NCBI GenBank assembly: GCA_963674825.1
Contig: OY771587.1
Coordinates: forward strand, 736,001-800,000
DNA length: 64,000 nt
From: Candidatus Cloacimonadales bacterium
GTDB taxonomy: Bacteria > Cloacimonadota > Cloacimonadia > Cloacimonadales > JAIOQZ01
Reading direction: 5' to 3'
Each line of letters begins with the position of its first letter. Positions within the stretch are counted from its first letter, which is position 1. This document shows positions 19,918-31,250 of this stretch, in pieces. A program made the position numbers and the translations under genes. A model generated the notes under the pieces. That model was not told the origin of the DNA and did no database searches. It saw only the letters and a program-made list of their open reading frames with translations.

Positions 19918-21177
19918 TCAGTGTCTCCCAGGACCACGCATACTACCTCCGAAAAGGTTGTTGCTCTGCTTTGCACTGGTACTACTGGATGAACTCGACG
20001 AGGCCATCTTGGTTACAACCTGCATACCTTCTTTGAGATTCTTGCCGGTCACTTCGGTGAAAACACCGTCCGTGGATCCCGTCTTCACAAACATCATGTC
20101 AAGTTCACCATTCTCATTGACAAACCACAGCGTCGGGCGATCCTGAAAGTTTTTGCCTGATCGTGCTGAAGATGCGCCCTGCGGTCTCTGGCCTGATTGC
20201 GGTGCATTACCATCTTTCTGACGCTGACTGAATTTACGTTGCATTACCTGACGGATTACATCCATCGAAGGCTGGAAGCTGAGCGCTGTATTGGGTACAC
20301 GCAGGACATCTTTCTTCTGATCGATGATAAAATCGACTGTCGCTGTCATGCCTGGCATAAGGATCAAGTCGGGATTTGTTGCTGAAATCACGACGATGTA
20401 GTTTACCACATTGGAGACCGTTTCGGGTAGAAGTCGCACCTGTTTTACAGAACCCGAATACACACTGTCCGGGAAGGCATCCACGCTGAACGTTACTTCC
20501 TGGCCTTTCTTGATCTGACCGATATCGCTTTCATCGACGTATGCAAAGATTTCCATCTCGGTGAGGTCTTTTGCAATGGTGAAAAGTGTTGGCGTCGAAT
20601 AGCTTGCTGCAACTGTCTGACCTTCTTCGATGTCACGGTCGATCACAATGCCGTTGATTGGCGAGCGGATGACCGAGTAAAGGTCCAGGTTGTTGCGGTT
20701 CTGCATGTATTTTGTCTTTATGGATGAATATGAGGCATCGGCAGAAATATAGCTGATTCGCGAATCCTCCAGGTCGAATTCTGAGATTAATTCTTCCTCG
20801 AATAATTTCTTGTTGCTCTCGTATTCGAGCTTGGCTTTTAGCATTTTAGCTTCGGACGCCTTTAACTCCGCTCTTGACGACTCCATCGTTAGGTGGAGCT
20901 GAGTAGTATCCATTATTGCCAGAACCTGATCGACCTTTACGATATCGTTGTAATCAACCAGAACTTTGGAAACGGTTCCGGATATCTGCGTGCCGACTTC
21001 AACGGTCCCGGTCGTTTCGAGCGTTCCCGTACTACTTACCAGATTCTCGATATCACCGCGCGTTACTTCCCCGTAGGTTGTTTGGGACTCGGTTTCCGGC
21101 GATTCCTTGCGGACGAAATATAGCACTGCTGCTGCAATTACTGCAAGAATCACGATTGCTATCAGGATTTTTTTCAT
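19918..21177 (-). CDS. Efflux periplasmic adaptor subunit (MacA/HlyD-like)
   Basis: N-terminal anchor, [26 protein letters not shown] and LMPGMTA motifs. Confidence 0.92.
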   Translation of the reverse strand: MKKILIAIVILAVIAAAVLYFVRKESPETESQTTYGEVTRGDIENLVSSTGTLETTGTVEVGTQISGTVSKVLVDYNDIVKVDQVLAIMDTTQLHLTMESSRAELKASEAKMLKAKLEYESNKKLFEEELISEFDLEDSRISYISADASYSSIKTKYMQNRNNLDLYSVIRSPINGIVIDRDIEEGQTVAASYSTPTLFTIAKDLTEMEIFAYVDESDIGQIKKGQEVTFSVDAFPDSVYSGSVKQVRLLPETVSNVVNYIVVISATNPDLILMPGMTATVDFIIDQKKDVLRVPNTALSFQPSMDVIRQVMQRKFSQRQKDGNAPQSGQRPQGASSARSGKNFQDRPTLWFVNENGELDMMFVKTGSTDGVFTEVTGKNLKEGMQVVTKMASSSSSSSTSAKQSNNLFGGSMRGPGRH

Positions 21178-21356
21178 GTGTGCTCCAGTCTATTTTGCTT
21201 TATACTCTAAGACACTCTGTACTGAAAATAACTGCGAAAACTCTGTTGGGAAATATTATTCCCGAAACATTCTGTAAAGACATTTCGAGACGAGAATGGC
21301 TACAACTTCCAGGATAACCTCTTGTGTCAATTCCATGTGCTTCCAAGAGGATGGTT

Positions 21357-21385
21357 ATGCAGACGAGGACGTCTGCGCACCCAGG
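21357..21385. repeat. 29-bp REP-like element, copy 2
   Basis: ATGCAGACGAGGACGTCTGCGCACCCAGG. Confidence 0.65.
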
Positions 21386-21394
21386 TGGAAGGAT

Positions 21395-21425
21395 AAAAAA
21401 AGCCCCGAGGCATTTGCATCGGGGC
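21395..21425 (-). terminator. Intrinsic terminator of clpX
   Basis: Minus strand GCCCCGA-N10-TCGGGGC followed by T7. Confidence 0.8.
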
Positions 21426-21445
21426 GTTGATTATCGTAGTGGGAA

Positions 21446-22684
<1,239 letters not shown>

Positions 22685-22709
22685 AATAAAACCTCTCTAA
22701 AAGGAACAC

Positions 22710-23303
22710 CTATTTCTTATCTGGTCTCTTCTCTTTTACATCGTCAATCAAGCCGTATTCTTTAGCTTCATTTGCGCGCATGAAGAAGTTTCTGTCGGTG
22801 TCCTTTTCGATCTTTTCAAGCGGTTGCCCGGTATGGAAAGCGAGCAGTTCGTTCATCCGCTTTTTTGTATAGAGAATTTCTTTCGTCTGAATCTCGATAT
22901 CGCTTGCCTGACCCTGCGCACCACCGAGGGGCTGGTGGATCATGACACGGCTATTGGGCAGCGCGTAGCGTTTGCCCTTTTCGCCTGCCGCTAGCAGAAA
23001 TGCCGCCATGCTGGCTGCCTGACCGAGTGCGATGGTGCTCACGGCCGGACGAATGAACTGCATGGTGTCATAGATCGCCATACCAGAGGTGATGATACCG
23101 CCGGGACTATTGATGTACATGTAGATATCCTTCTCGGGATTCTCGCCTTCAAGGTGAATCAACTGCGCAATAATCGTATTGGCCACGATGTCGTCAATGG
23201 GCGAACCGAGAAAGATGATACGGTCCTTGAGCAGGCGTGAATAGATATCATACGCCCGTTCGTTACGACCGCTCTGTTCTACGACTATCGGTACTAACGG
23301 CAT
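22710..23303 (-). CDS. clpP: ATP-dependent Clp protease proteolytic subunit
   Basis: [28 protein letters not shown] and MIHQP motifs. Confidence 0.98.
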   Translation of the reverse strand: MPLVPIVVEQSGRNERAYDIYSRLLKDRIIFLGSPIDDIVANTIIAQLIHLEGENPEKDIYMYINSPGGIITSGMAIYDTMQFIRPAVSTIALGQAASMAAFLLAAGEKGKRYALPNSRVMIHQPLGGAQGQASDIEIQTKEILYTKKRMNELLAFHTGQPLEKIEKDTDRNFFMRANEAKEYGLIDDVKEKRPDKK

Positions 23304-23305
23304 GG

Positions 23306-24622
23306 TTACTCCTTGGTTTCTTCGGTAGCTTCCGCGTTCTCTTCCCTTTTCGGAACCGGCACGATCTTCGAGCTGTCTTTCACTGTCTGCATGATTTTCT
23401 TGCGAACGATCGCATCCCGGAAATCATCCGAGTCGATCTGCTTCTGATACCGCTCGCGGTATTCTTCCGGCTTCAGGTTCATGCTTTCAGCCAGCTCATC
23501 GATCATTGCTGATTTATCATCATCAGTAACGTCTATATCAAGCATCTGTTTCAGCTTATCAACGATATAATACTCGCGAACACTGCGCTCGGCAACCGGG
23601 ATGTATGCGGGAGCGATCTGCTCAACCGGCATGTTGTATTGTTTTGCCATCGATTCAGACATCTGATAGGCATAGTTTTCCACAAAACGCTTCGGAACGT
23701 CAAATTCGTTCGCTTTGATCAGCGCGGTGATGATCGCTTCTTCCTCAACCTGGCGATTCTCGCGATCGGCTTGGGTCTGGAGTTCCTTGCGGATGCTCTC
23801 TCGCATTGCGTCCATCGATTCGAAATCGGCGTCTTTCGCGAAGTCGTCGTTCAGCTCAGGCAGCACAAGCTGCTTCACCTGCTTCACGACGAAGCGGAAT
23901 TTATTGTTGGAATAGTGCGCGCGGACTTCGTCCTTCTCATCTTCGCGTTTGTCGAAGAGTTCGGCTTCACCCTGATCACCGGGCTTCATGCCGATAAGCT
24001 GTTCGTTGAGCGATTTGGAGAAGGGGTTCTTGCCCACTTCGATTTCACGCTCAACCGGCTTGACATCCTGGCCTTCAAGTTCGCCTTCTTCTTCGCCCTG
24101 GATGCTGGAATTGATATAAAGTTCGATATCGACGAACGAATTTTCGCCAACCGGTTCATCCACCGGCTCAACGTTTCCAACTTCGCGACGGGTCTTTTCG
24201 ATTGTCTCGTCAACCATCTCGTCGGTCACTTCCCGCGGATCGAATTCGATTTCCAAATTCTGGTACGTCATGTCGCCGAGTTCAGGCTTGATCTCATAAC
24301 GATACGTAGCCACGAACGGCTTATCGCGTTCCCATTCCCACTTGGTGGGTTCGGCTTCGGTGACGGGATGAATATCTTCTTTCTCAAGCGCTTCGATATA
24401 ATAATCTTTCAGCTTCTCGTTAATGAATTCGTCTTTTGCGCGATCGCCGTAAAGGTTCTCGACCATGGCCATCGGCGCTTTGCCCTTACGGAAACCCGGA
24501 ACAACCGCATACTTGCGGAACTGCCCAAGCATTTTCCGGTAATCCTGCATCGCTTCTTCAGCCGGAACCGTTACGGTCAGCTCATATTCGCAGGATGTGA
24601 TTGCTTTGATTTCTCTTTCCAA
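23306..24622 (-). CDS. tig: Trigger factor
   Basis: PGFRKGKAP ribosome-binding motif and [10 protein letters not shown]; canonical tig-clpP-clpX order. Confidence 0.95.
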   Translation of the reverse strand: MEREIKAITSCEYELTVTVPAEEAMQDYRKMLGQFRKYAVVPGFRKGKAPMAMVENLYGDRAKDEFINEKLKDYYIEALEKEDIHPVTEAEPTKWEWERDKPFVATYRYEIKPELGDMTYQNLEIEFDPREVTDEMVDETIEKTRREVGNVEPVDEPVGENSFVDIELYINSSIQGEEEGELEGQDVKPVEREIEVGKNPFSKSLNEQLIGMKPGDQGEAELFDKREDEKDEVRAHYSNNKFRFVVKQVKQLVLPELNDDFAKDADFESMDAMRESIRKELQTQADRENRQVEEEAIITALIKANEFDVPKRFVENYAYQMSESMAKQYNMPVEQIAPAYIPVAERSVREYYIVDKLKQMLDIDVTDDDKSAMIDELAESMNLKPEEYRERYQKQIDSDDFRDAIVRKKIMQTVKDSSKIVPVPKREENAEATEETKE

Positions 24623-24654
24623 TTTTATCTCCTGATTTTGTATAATTTAAATTC

Positions 24655-24741
24655 TGGTGCGAAAGAGGGGATTTGAACCCCTACGAGATCTCTCCCACTG
24701 GATTCTAAGTCCAGCGCGTCTGCCAATTCCGCCACTTTCGC
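24655..24741 (-). tRNA. tRNA-Leu (anticodon TAG), CCA encoded
   Basis: GCGAAAGTGGCGGAATTGGCAGACGCGCTGGACT-TAG-AATCCAG...GGTTCAAATCCCCTCTTTCGCACCA with a long variable arm; usual position upstream of tig. Confidence 0.96.
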
Positions 24742-24815
24742 AACCTATTGGTATTTTAATGGGTAAGCGAATTTCAGAACCGCTTTTATGTCAAGCGGAA
24801 TCCGTTCCCATAACG

Positions 24816-24842
24816 AAGAAAAGCGGCATGAGTGCCGCTTTT
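24816..24842 (-). terminator. Intrinsic terminator of the TPR gene
   Basis: AAAAGCGGCA-TGAG-TGCCGCTTTT. Confidence 0.8.
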
Positions 24843-24863
24843 CGTATATCTTTGAAGGCCTGC

Positions 24864-26012
24864 TTAATTCATCTTTTTGAGCATGTCTTCGTATTTCTTA
24901 GTCAGTTCCTTGTTACCAAGTTCCGTAGCAGCGCGGTACATGAGCTGAACCGGTTCTTTCTTGGTCGGCTGGAGTTCATGCCACTTGTTCGCGGCTTCGA
25001 TGACCTTTTCATACTGCTTGACGTTGTAATACTTATAGCTCAATGACATCAGATAATCAACGTTCTCGGGATCGATTTCAACCATCTTTTCAAGGAACTT
25101 GACGCTGTTGTCCGGCTCGTTGAAGTCCAGCGAGTAGTTGTATGCATATGGAAGAGCTTCGATGTTGGCGGGATCGATTTCCAGCACCTTCTTGAAGTTC
25201 GTGTAGGCTTTCTCGTGGTCTTTCAGGCTGACATAGCAGATCGCCATGTTCATGTAGTTGGCCACTGAATCTGGCTGAGCTTCTGCAAGTTCCTGGTAAA
25301 TATTGGCTGCTTCCTGGTATTTCTGAAGACTGAACAGGATCGATGCGGCTGTTTCTTTCCAATCGAGATGTTCCGGAGCCTTCTGTGCAGCGGTCAGCAT
25401 GTATTCGGCTGCTTTCTCCATGTTTTTCTGCTTGATCTCGACGTTGCCGAGAAGCAGGTATGCGTTCGCATATTCGGGATCGATTGCAAGAAGGCGATCG
25501 ATCGCGGCTTTGGTCTGATCCATCTCATCTTTCGTGAAATGACCCAGCGCAACGTTGTATATCTTGACGACGCAAGCGTAGAGCTTTGATTCGCTGACTT
25601 TCTTCACGTCGGCAAAGGTCATCTTGCGTACTTTTCCATTTTCGTCTTCAAATTTCAGATCGATATTTTCTTTCTCGATGTTGACCTTATCCTGGACCTT
25701 CTCAATCGCTGCAATACATGTGGAATAATATTCGTAAGCCTTTTCGTAGAGATCGACCTTCGTTCCGTCCGGTGAAGGGACCTTCTCGTAGAAGTACGTC
25801 TCACCAACAGCGTAAAGCGCTTCGATGTAATCTTCGTCTTCGGTATCCTTGACTTCTCCCAGATATTTCTGGTAGTACTCGAGGGCCTTGTCGTCCTTTC
25901 CCTGCGAGCTATACAGCTTGGCGCTGCGTAAATCTCTTGAACCGGCAAACAGTGCGCCGAATGCAAACAGCAGCAGTGTTGTCAGTACGATCAGATTCTT
26001 CTTTCGTAACAT
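24864..26012 (-). CDS. Exported tetratricopeptide repeat protein
   Basis: Signal peptide and repeated TPR motifs (LLAIDPEYANAYLLLG, VLEIDPAN, MVEIDPEN). Confidence 0.85.
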   Translation of the reverse strand: MLRKKNLIVLTTLLLFAFGALFAGSRDLRSAKLYSSQGKDDKALEYYQKYLGEVKDTEDEDYIEALYAVGETYFYEKVPSPDGTKVDLYEKAYEYYSTCIAAIEKVQDKVNIEKENIDLKFEDENGKVRKMTFADVKKVSESKLYACVVKIYNVALGHFTKDEMDQTKAAIDRLLAIDPEYANAYLLLGNVEIKQKNMEKAAEYMLTAAQKAPEHLDWKETAASILFSLQKYQEAANIYQELAEAQPDSVANYMNMAICYVSLKDHEKAYTNFKKVLEIDPANIEALPYAYNYSLDFNEPDNSVKFLEKMVEIDPENVDYLMSLSYKYYNVKQYEKVIEAANKWHELQPTKKEPVQLMYRAATELGNKELTKKYEDMLKKMN

Positions 26013-26177
26013 TGTAATCCTCCATCTATCGTGTCATAAACCTCAAGCTGAGAACTGCCGCAAGCCAATTGACCTGCGGCAATTCATAGATTATGATCTT
26101 TTTTAATACCGATTTTCGGTCAAGGACTTTTTCTGATCCGACCGCCCGGGAAATACCCGAAACTACCTGAAATAAAT

Positions 26178-27911
26178 TCAGTTACGAACTTCACAAGGCA
26201 TAAGAGCTTGTACCGGATCATCCTCAATCACATGGAGAAGCAGTTCCGCCTCATCGCGAGCATCTTCAGGAAGAATCATCCGGGCCAGATCCATGCGGGA
26301 AAGCGGTATGTTAAACTTATCCTTCAGGAGCTCTTCGAAGAGCGATCGTTTCTCAGGATAATAGACGGTTCCAAAGCCATCCGTTTCGGCCAATATGGAA
26401 GCCTTGACAATCGCGTCATGCAACGTACCGACTTCGTCGATCAAGCCAATATCCTTCGCCATTGCGCTAGTGTAAACCTTGCCTTGGGCAATCTCCTGCA
26501 CCTGGTCCATATCAATCTTGCGACCCTCGGAAACACGCTGTTTGAATTCGGTATATACGATCTGGATATGATCGCGCATCGAACCCTTGAACTCCGGCGT
26601 CATATCTTTCCAGGGATTGAACGGCTCGGCGAATTTTCCGCGACGGACACCATCAGTTTTTACACCGATCATATCGCCGGTATCCTTCAGAACGGGGATT
26701 ATGGCGATTACGCCGATCGATCCGGTGATCGTCGCCGGTTCCGCAAATACGTAGTCCGCCGGGCAGGCGATGTAGTATCCACCCGATGCCGCAACGCCCC
26801 CCATCGATACCACGACAGGTAGGCCGTCTTTCTTCAGATCGAGGATGCGGTTCCAGATTTTATCCGATTCAAGCGCGCTTCCGCCGGGGCTGTTTATGCG
26901 AAGCACCACCGCTTTTATAGTCGGGTCATCCTGGATCGCGTCGAATGCTTTATCGATCTTCTTGTTACTTAAAACCGTTTGGCCGAAGTGATCGGTTGAG
27001 TTCGTTATCATACCCTCTGCATAAACAACTGCAACATTTTTCAGGCTGGGCATACTGGGCTTGATATTGTAGCGCGAGAATTTGACCAGATGATCACGGT
27101 CGATATCGAGATCGGTCAGAAGGTCATCACGATACTTGAGCTCGTCAATGAGCTTATACTCAAGCGCTTTATCCGGTGTGATGAAGAAATTTTCCCGTCC
27201 TTCATAGAGCTGCTTCAGGCTGTCGTAATCGAGCCCTTCCCGACGCTCGGAAACCGCCTGGAGCTTGTATTCGTAGATACCGTCGATGATGCCTTCGAGG
27301 TTCTTACGCATGTAAGGCGACATTGAATCGCGAGAATAGGTCTCACCCGCGCCCTTGTAGTCACCCGCCTGGAACACCTCGAAGTGGATACCGATCTTGG
27401 AAAGCATCGTCTTGTAAAAGATATAGCTTCCACCAACACCCGTAAGAGTAAGCGCGGAGGAATTTGACGGCGGCATAAAGATTTTATCCGCATAGGATGC
27501 CAGATAGTAGTTACCGTCCGAAGCATTCTCCAGATAGGCATAGACCGGCTTGCCGCTTGCCTGGAACTGTTTAAGCGCATTACCGATTCGATCGCGAATA
27601 ACCATACTGGTGCTCATACCGTATGGTTCGAGCAGGATTCCCTTTATATGATCATCGGTCTCGGCCTGCTGAATCGCAGCAACGATATCATGGCACGAGG
27701 TGACATCCATGTTCGGCATAAAGGTGTCGTCGTATTCAAAATATTCCTGAATATTACCTGCTAATGGCAGCCATAGCCATGAATTTGATGTCACTTTTTT
27801 GGGGCTTGCATCCGGCATGACGGATGATATCCCAATCACAAGCAGAAAAAACATGAGGACCAGGACTCCGACCGAAGTCAGACATCCCAGTAAAAACCAT
27901 TTACCTTTCAT
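26178..27911 (-). CDS. sppA: Signal peptide peptidase SppA, 67K type
   Basis: YYLASYAD, GDYKGAGE, LRINSPGGS, VAASGGYYIA and TITGSIGV motifs. Confidence 0.93.
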   Translation of the reverse strand: MKGKWFLLGCLTSVGVLVLMFFLLVIGISSVMPDASPKKVTSNSWLWLPLAGNIQEYFEYDDTFMPNMDVTSCHDIVAAIQQAETDDHIKGILLEPYGMSTSMVIRDRIGNALKQFQASGKPVYAYLENASDGNYYLASYADKIFMPPSNSSALTLTGVGGSYIFYKTMLSKIGIHFEVFQAGDYKGAGETYSRDSMSPYMRKNLEGIIDGIYEYKLQAVSERREGLDYDSLKQLYEGRENFFITPDKALEYKLIDELKYRDDLLTDLDIDRDHLVKFSRYNIKPSMPSLKNVAVVYAEGMITNSTDHFGQTVLSNKKIDKAFDAIQDDPTIKAVVLRINSPGGSALESDKIWNRILDLKKDGLPVVVSMGGVAASGGYYIACPADYVFAEPATITGSIGVIAIIPVLKDTGDMIGVKTDGVRRGKFAEPFNPWKDMTPEFKGSMRDHIQIVYTEFKQRVSEGRKIDMDQVQEIAQGKVYTSAMAKDIGLIDEVGTLHDAIVKASILAETDGFGTVYYPEKRSLFEELLKDKFNIPLSRMDLARMILPEDARDEAELLLHVIEDDPVQALMPCEVRN

Positions 27912-28037
27912 CGCTTATCCTCCAATGTATCATTGATTGATTGCTTCTATTACTATGATGCTCCACCAACTATAAGTTCTTTCGACAGCTGTGGATTCAC
28001 AATATGTCACGCTGAAAATCAGTGAATCGAGGCCAGA

Positions 28038-29393
28038 TTACTCACCGTCCTGAAAAATATCAAGTTCTTTCAATTTTCGGGACAGATTACTCTGATGTAG
28101 CGAGAGGGCTTTGGCTGTATTTGAAATGTGATTATCGAATTTCTGGAGTTGCGTTGCAAGATATCGCGTCTCGAATTCCTTCTTCTTATCGTTGAACGGC
28201 TGTGTATCCTGCCAGAAGCTGGAATCGCATTCTGCCTTCTCGGAGCCTTCCACGGGAAGGATACTCGGAAGAATATGCTGCTCCTCGACCAGGATGTAGA
28301 TGCGCTCGATAAGGTTACGCAACTCGCGAACATTACCCGGAAAACGCCATGTTTTGAGCTCGTTGATGGTCGAGAGATCAAAATCTTTTTCTTGAACATT
28401 CAGTTCCTGTGCGAAAAAGTGCGAGAAATGCTTGATGAGTATCGGGATATCGCTAGCCCGTTCACGCAAGGGTGGACAAAAGACCGGTACAACGTTGAGC
28501 CGGTAAAAAAGGTCCTCGCGAAACAATCCTTCTTTCACCATCTGGCTGAGGTCCTTGTGCGTCGCTGCGATGATACGTGCGTCGATCTTGCGGGTGTTGG
28601 TGCTACCAACCCGCTCAAACTCGCCTTCCTGCATCACACGAAGAATCTTCGCCTGCGCCGAGAGTGACATATCGCCGATCTCGTCCAGAAAGATGGTTCC
28701 GCCATCAGCTTCTTCGAGCTTGCCGCGTTTTGTCTTGATCGCACCGGTAAACGCACCCTTTTCGTAGCCGAAGAGCTCACTTTCCACCAACTCCGTGGGG
28801 ATCGCTGCGGAATTGAACTTGATGAAAGGCTTGTCGGCACGCCGACTCTGGCTGTGGATCGCGTAAGCGACCAACTCCTTGCCCGTACCGCTCTCACCCT
28901 GGATGAGCACCTTGGAATTGCTGCCGGAGACCTTGCGGATGATCTCTTTCAGCTTCAGCATACCATCACTCTCACCCACCAACCGATAGCCTTCTTCCAA
29001 GCTGGATTTAAATCTGCGGTATTCGCGGTTGATGGAGCCGAACTCGAGAGCTTTCTTTACGGCCAGCTTGACCTTGGGAAGGCTGAGCGGTTTCTCGAGG
29101 AAATCGAATGCCCCGAGTTTGATGGCGCGTACCGCCTCGCTGATACCGCTGTGGCCAGATATCATGATCACTTCGATCGATTTGTCAAAATGGAGGACTT
29201 TCTCGAGCGTCTCCAGACCATTCAACCCATCCATCTGTACATCCAGCAGGATCACGTCCGGATCGAAATTCTCCAGCTTCCGGAGGCCTTCGATGCCATT
29301 TTCAGCAATCTCACAGGTGTAACCTTCGTCGTGCATAATGCTGCAAAGAGTGTTCCGAATGTTAGGTTCATCATCGATGATCAGAATGTTCAT
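28038..29393 (-). CDS. sigma54-dependent response regulator (NtrX/NtrC-like; REC-AAA+-HTH)
   Basis: Receiver domain (IDDE, LLDV), GESGTGKE, intact GAFTGA loop, FREDLFYRLNV, FPGNVREL and a Fis-type HTH. Confidence 0.95.
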   Translation of the reverse strand: MNILIIDDEPNIRNTLCSIMHDEGYTCEIAENGIEGLRKLENFDPDVILLDVQMDGLNGLETLEKVLHFDKSIEVIMISGHSGISEAVRAIKLGAFDFLEKPLSLPKVKLAVKKALEFGSINREYRRFKSSLEEGYRLVGESDGMLKLKEIIRKVSGSNSKVLIQGESGTGKELVAYAIHSQSRRADKPFIKFNSAAIPTELVESELFGYEKGAFTGAIKTKRGKLEEADGGTIFLDEIGDMSLSAQAKILRVMQEGEFERVGSTNTRKIDARIIAATHKDLSQMVKEGLFREDLFYRLNVVPVFCPPLRERASDIPILIKHFSHFFAQELNVQEKDFDLSTINELKTWRFPGNVRELRNLIERIYILVEEQHILPSILPVEGSEKAECDSSFWQDTQPFNDKKKEFETRYLATQLQKFDNHISNTAKALSLHQSNLSRKLKELDIFQDGE

Positions 29394-30543
29394 GATATTC
29401 CTCCATTATCAATTCAAATCGCGTCTCTTCGCCGGGTGTCGACTTGGCACGTATCACGCCATGATTGACCTCTGTGAGACGCTTGACCAGCGCCAGACCA
29501 AGTCCGGTTCCACGCTGCTTGCGTGTAAAATAGGGATCGAAGATGCGTGAGATATCCTCCTGCTTGATGCCCTTGCCATGATCGATAATCTCCAGCACCA
29601 GATAGCTGCGGCTGGAGAAAAGGTTGATGTCGATCACACCTTCCTGAGGTGAGGCGTCGATGGCATTTTGCAAAACGTTTGTAAAAATCTGGTAGAAGTG
29701 GGTTTTATCAAACCGTATTTGATGAACCCGAACCAGGTCGGTTTTGATCGTATAACTGTGCTGATAGGAACGAAGGATTTCATTGATCACCGTTGAGGGA
29801 TCGAATACTTCGGGCTGCGGTGTCGAGGCCTTGGCGAAAGTAGAGAATTCCTGCACAAGCTTGCGCAGGTTATTGACCTCCTGGGTGATGACGGATGAGG
29901 ATTCGGGAAATATCTCATAGAAACGGTCGCGATCAAGCTCGTACTTCTCCTCCATGCGCTGCACCGCGAGCTGGATTGGAGTAAGGGGATTCTTGATCTC
30001 ATGCGCCAGGATGCGCGACATCTCTTTCCAGATCATCTCTTTTTCCGCTTGCAAAAGCTTGCGCTGGGTGGTTTCGAGCTGTCGGCTCATGTCGTTGAAT
30101 GACTGTTTTAGCCGTCGCATCTCCTCGGTGCCGGACTCGGGAAGCCGGACATTATAGTCGCCTTCGCGGATCTTCTCCGTGGCACGCCGCATCTGTTGCA
30201 GAGGTCGCGTCAGATACATGAACACGAAGATGAAGATGGTGATTGATACTACCGCGATGACCAGCAGCACCAGCGAAAAATTGCGCCGCATATCGACCTG
30301 CACAGCGCGAATTCCGGCGATAGAGTCGTTCAGATGCGTAAAATACTGCTTGGCAGCCGTGCTGTCGGAGGCTGTCTCGAAGACCATGTTAGGAAAGAGA
30401 TTCCTTGAAGACATCTGGTGGAAGATGTCGTTCATTTTCTCCTGATTCGACTTGAAGAAGCCGTTGAATACCAGCAGACCGAGCAGGTAGAGAGCGATGA
30501 ATACCACGAAAACCGAAAAACGCAATCCAAGCCTAATTTTCAT
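29371..30543 (-). CDS. HAMP-domain sensor histidine kinase (NtrY-like)
   Basis: Two TM helices, HAMP domain, H-box LAHEIKNPLTPIQL, DHGKGI, FDPYFT and GTGLGL. Confidence 0.92.
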   Translation of the reverse strand: MKIRLGLRFSVFVVFIALYLLGLLVFNGFFKSNQEKMNDIFHQMSSRNLFPNMVFETASDSTAAKQYFTHLNDSIAGIRAVQVDMRRNFSLVLLVIAVVSITIFIFVFMYLTRPLQQMRRATEKIREGDYNVRLPESGTEEMRRLKQSFNDMSRQLETTQRKLLQAEKEMIWKEMSRILAHEIKNPLTPIQLAVQRMEEKYELDRDRFYEIFPESSSVITQEVNNLRKLVQEFSTFAKASTPQPEVFDPSTVINEILRSYQHSYTIKTDLVRVHQIRFDKTHFYQIFTNVLQNAIDASPQEGVIDINLFSSRSYLVLEIIDHGKGIKQEDISRIFDPYFTRKQRGTGLGLALVKRLTEVNHGVIRAKSTPGEETRFELIMEEYHEHSDHR

Positions 30544-31096
30544 CCGGATAACCCCACACGAATTTTCCCCGAGCTATCGGGCGTTTATGATGCCAGAGAT
30601 TCATCAGGTCGAATTCCTCGTCCGTGGATTCCAGGCGAAGCTTGGTCAGATAGCCGCTGACCACTACCTCGAATTCGTCTCCGGGATTATACTGCGGAGG
30701 CACTTCCCATTTGCAGTGAAAGCCACGTATTGCCTCCAACACCTGCTCGTGCGAATCGAGTGTAATCAGCTGATCATTTTCCTGGATGAATACAGTGTAG
30801 AAATGCAGGAGCGGATCGTATTTGACCCGGTGCGCATAATACATCTCGGCAACATTATAGCGATTATAACGTACCTGAATAAGAAACCACACCGTGATGG
30901 GTTTTCCGCAGCGGAAGAACTCTTCAAAATCGTTTTCGAAGGCGTTTTCGAGGTTTGCAGAGATCTCGATGCCAGTCTTGTCCTGTTGCAACGCAACTCC
31001 GTCAAACTCTGCGAAGTTGCCCTTATACGATGAGAAAAGCATCGATGTAAAGGTAACAACGCTTGTAATTACTTTCTTTCCGAACGCCCCGAACAT
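30533..31096 (-). CDS. DUF4390-like periplasmic protein
   Basis: G-x-P..F and V-x-YDPL..Y motifs; sits directly upstream of and overlaps the NtrY-like kinase, the usual DUF4390 context. Confidence 0.6.
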   Translation of the reverse strand: MFGAFGKKVITSVVTFTSMLFSSYKGNFAEFDGVALQQDKTGIEISANLENAFENDFEEFFRCGKPITVWFLIQVRYNRYNVAEMYYAHRVKYDPLLHFYTVFIQENDQLITLDSHEQVLEAIRGFHCKWEVPPQYNPGDEFEVVVSGYLTKLRLESTDEEFDLMNLWHHKRPIARGKFVWGYPDEN

Positions 31097-31190
31097 AGTG
31101 CCAACCCGTTGTTTATCACGTATAATATACCGTTATGTTTCTCACGCACGATTGCGTCTGGTTCTATTACGTCAAGATTTTATTGCTCTC

Positions 31191-31230
31191 AAAAAGGGGA
31201 TGACGGGTGCTCCAGGTCGAAACACCCGTC
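31191..31230 (-). terminator. Probable terminator of the PDZ gene
   Basis: Minus strand GACGGGTG..CACCCGTC hairpin followed by CCCCTTTTT. Confidence 0.55.
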
Positions 31231-31250
31231 CTGAGAAGAGAGTGGGAGGA

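Noticed and set aside
24655..24860. tRNA-anchored genomic island
   Set aside because: No integrase and no duplicated tRNA 3' end seen; the tRNA-Leu-tig-clpPX context is intact.
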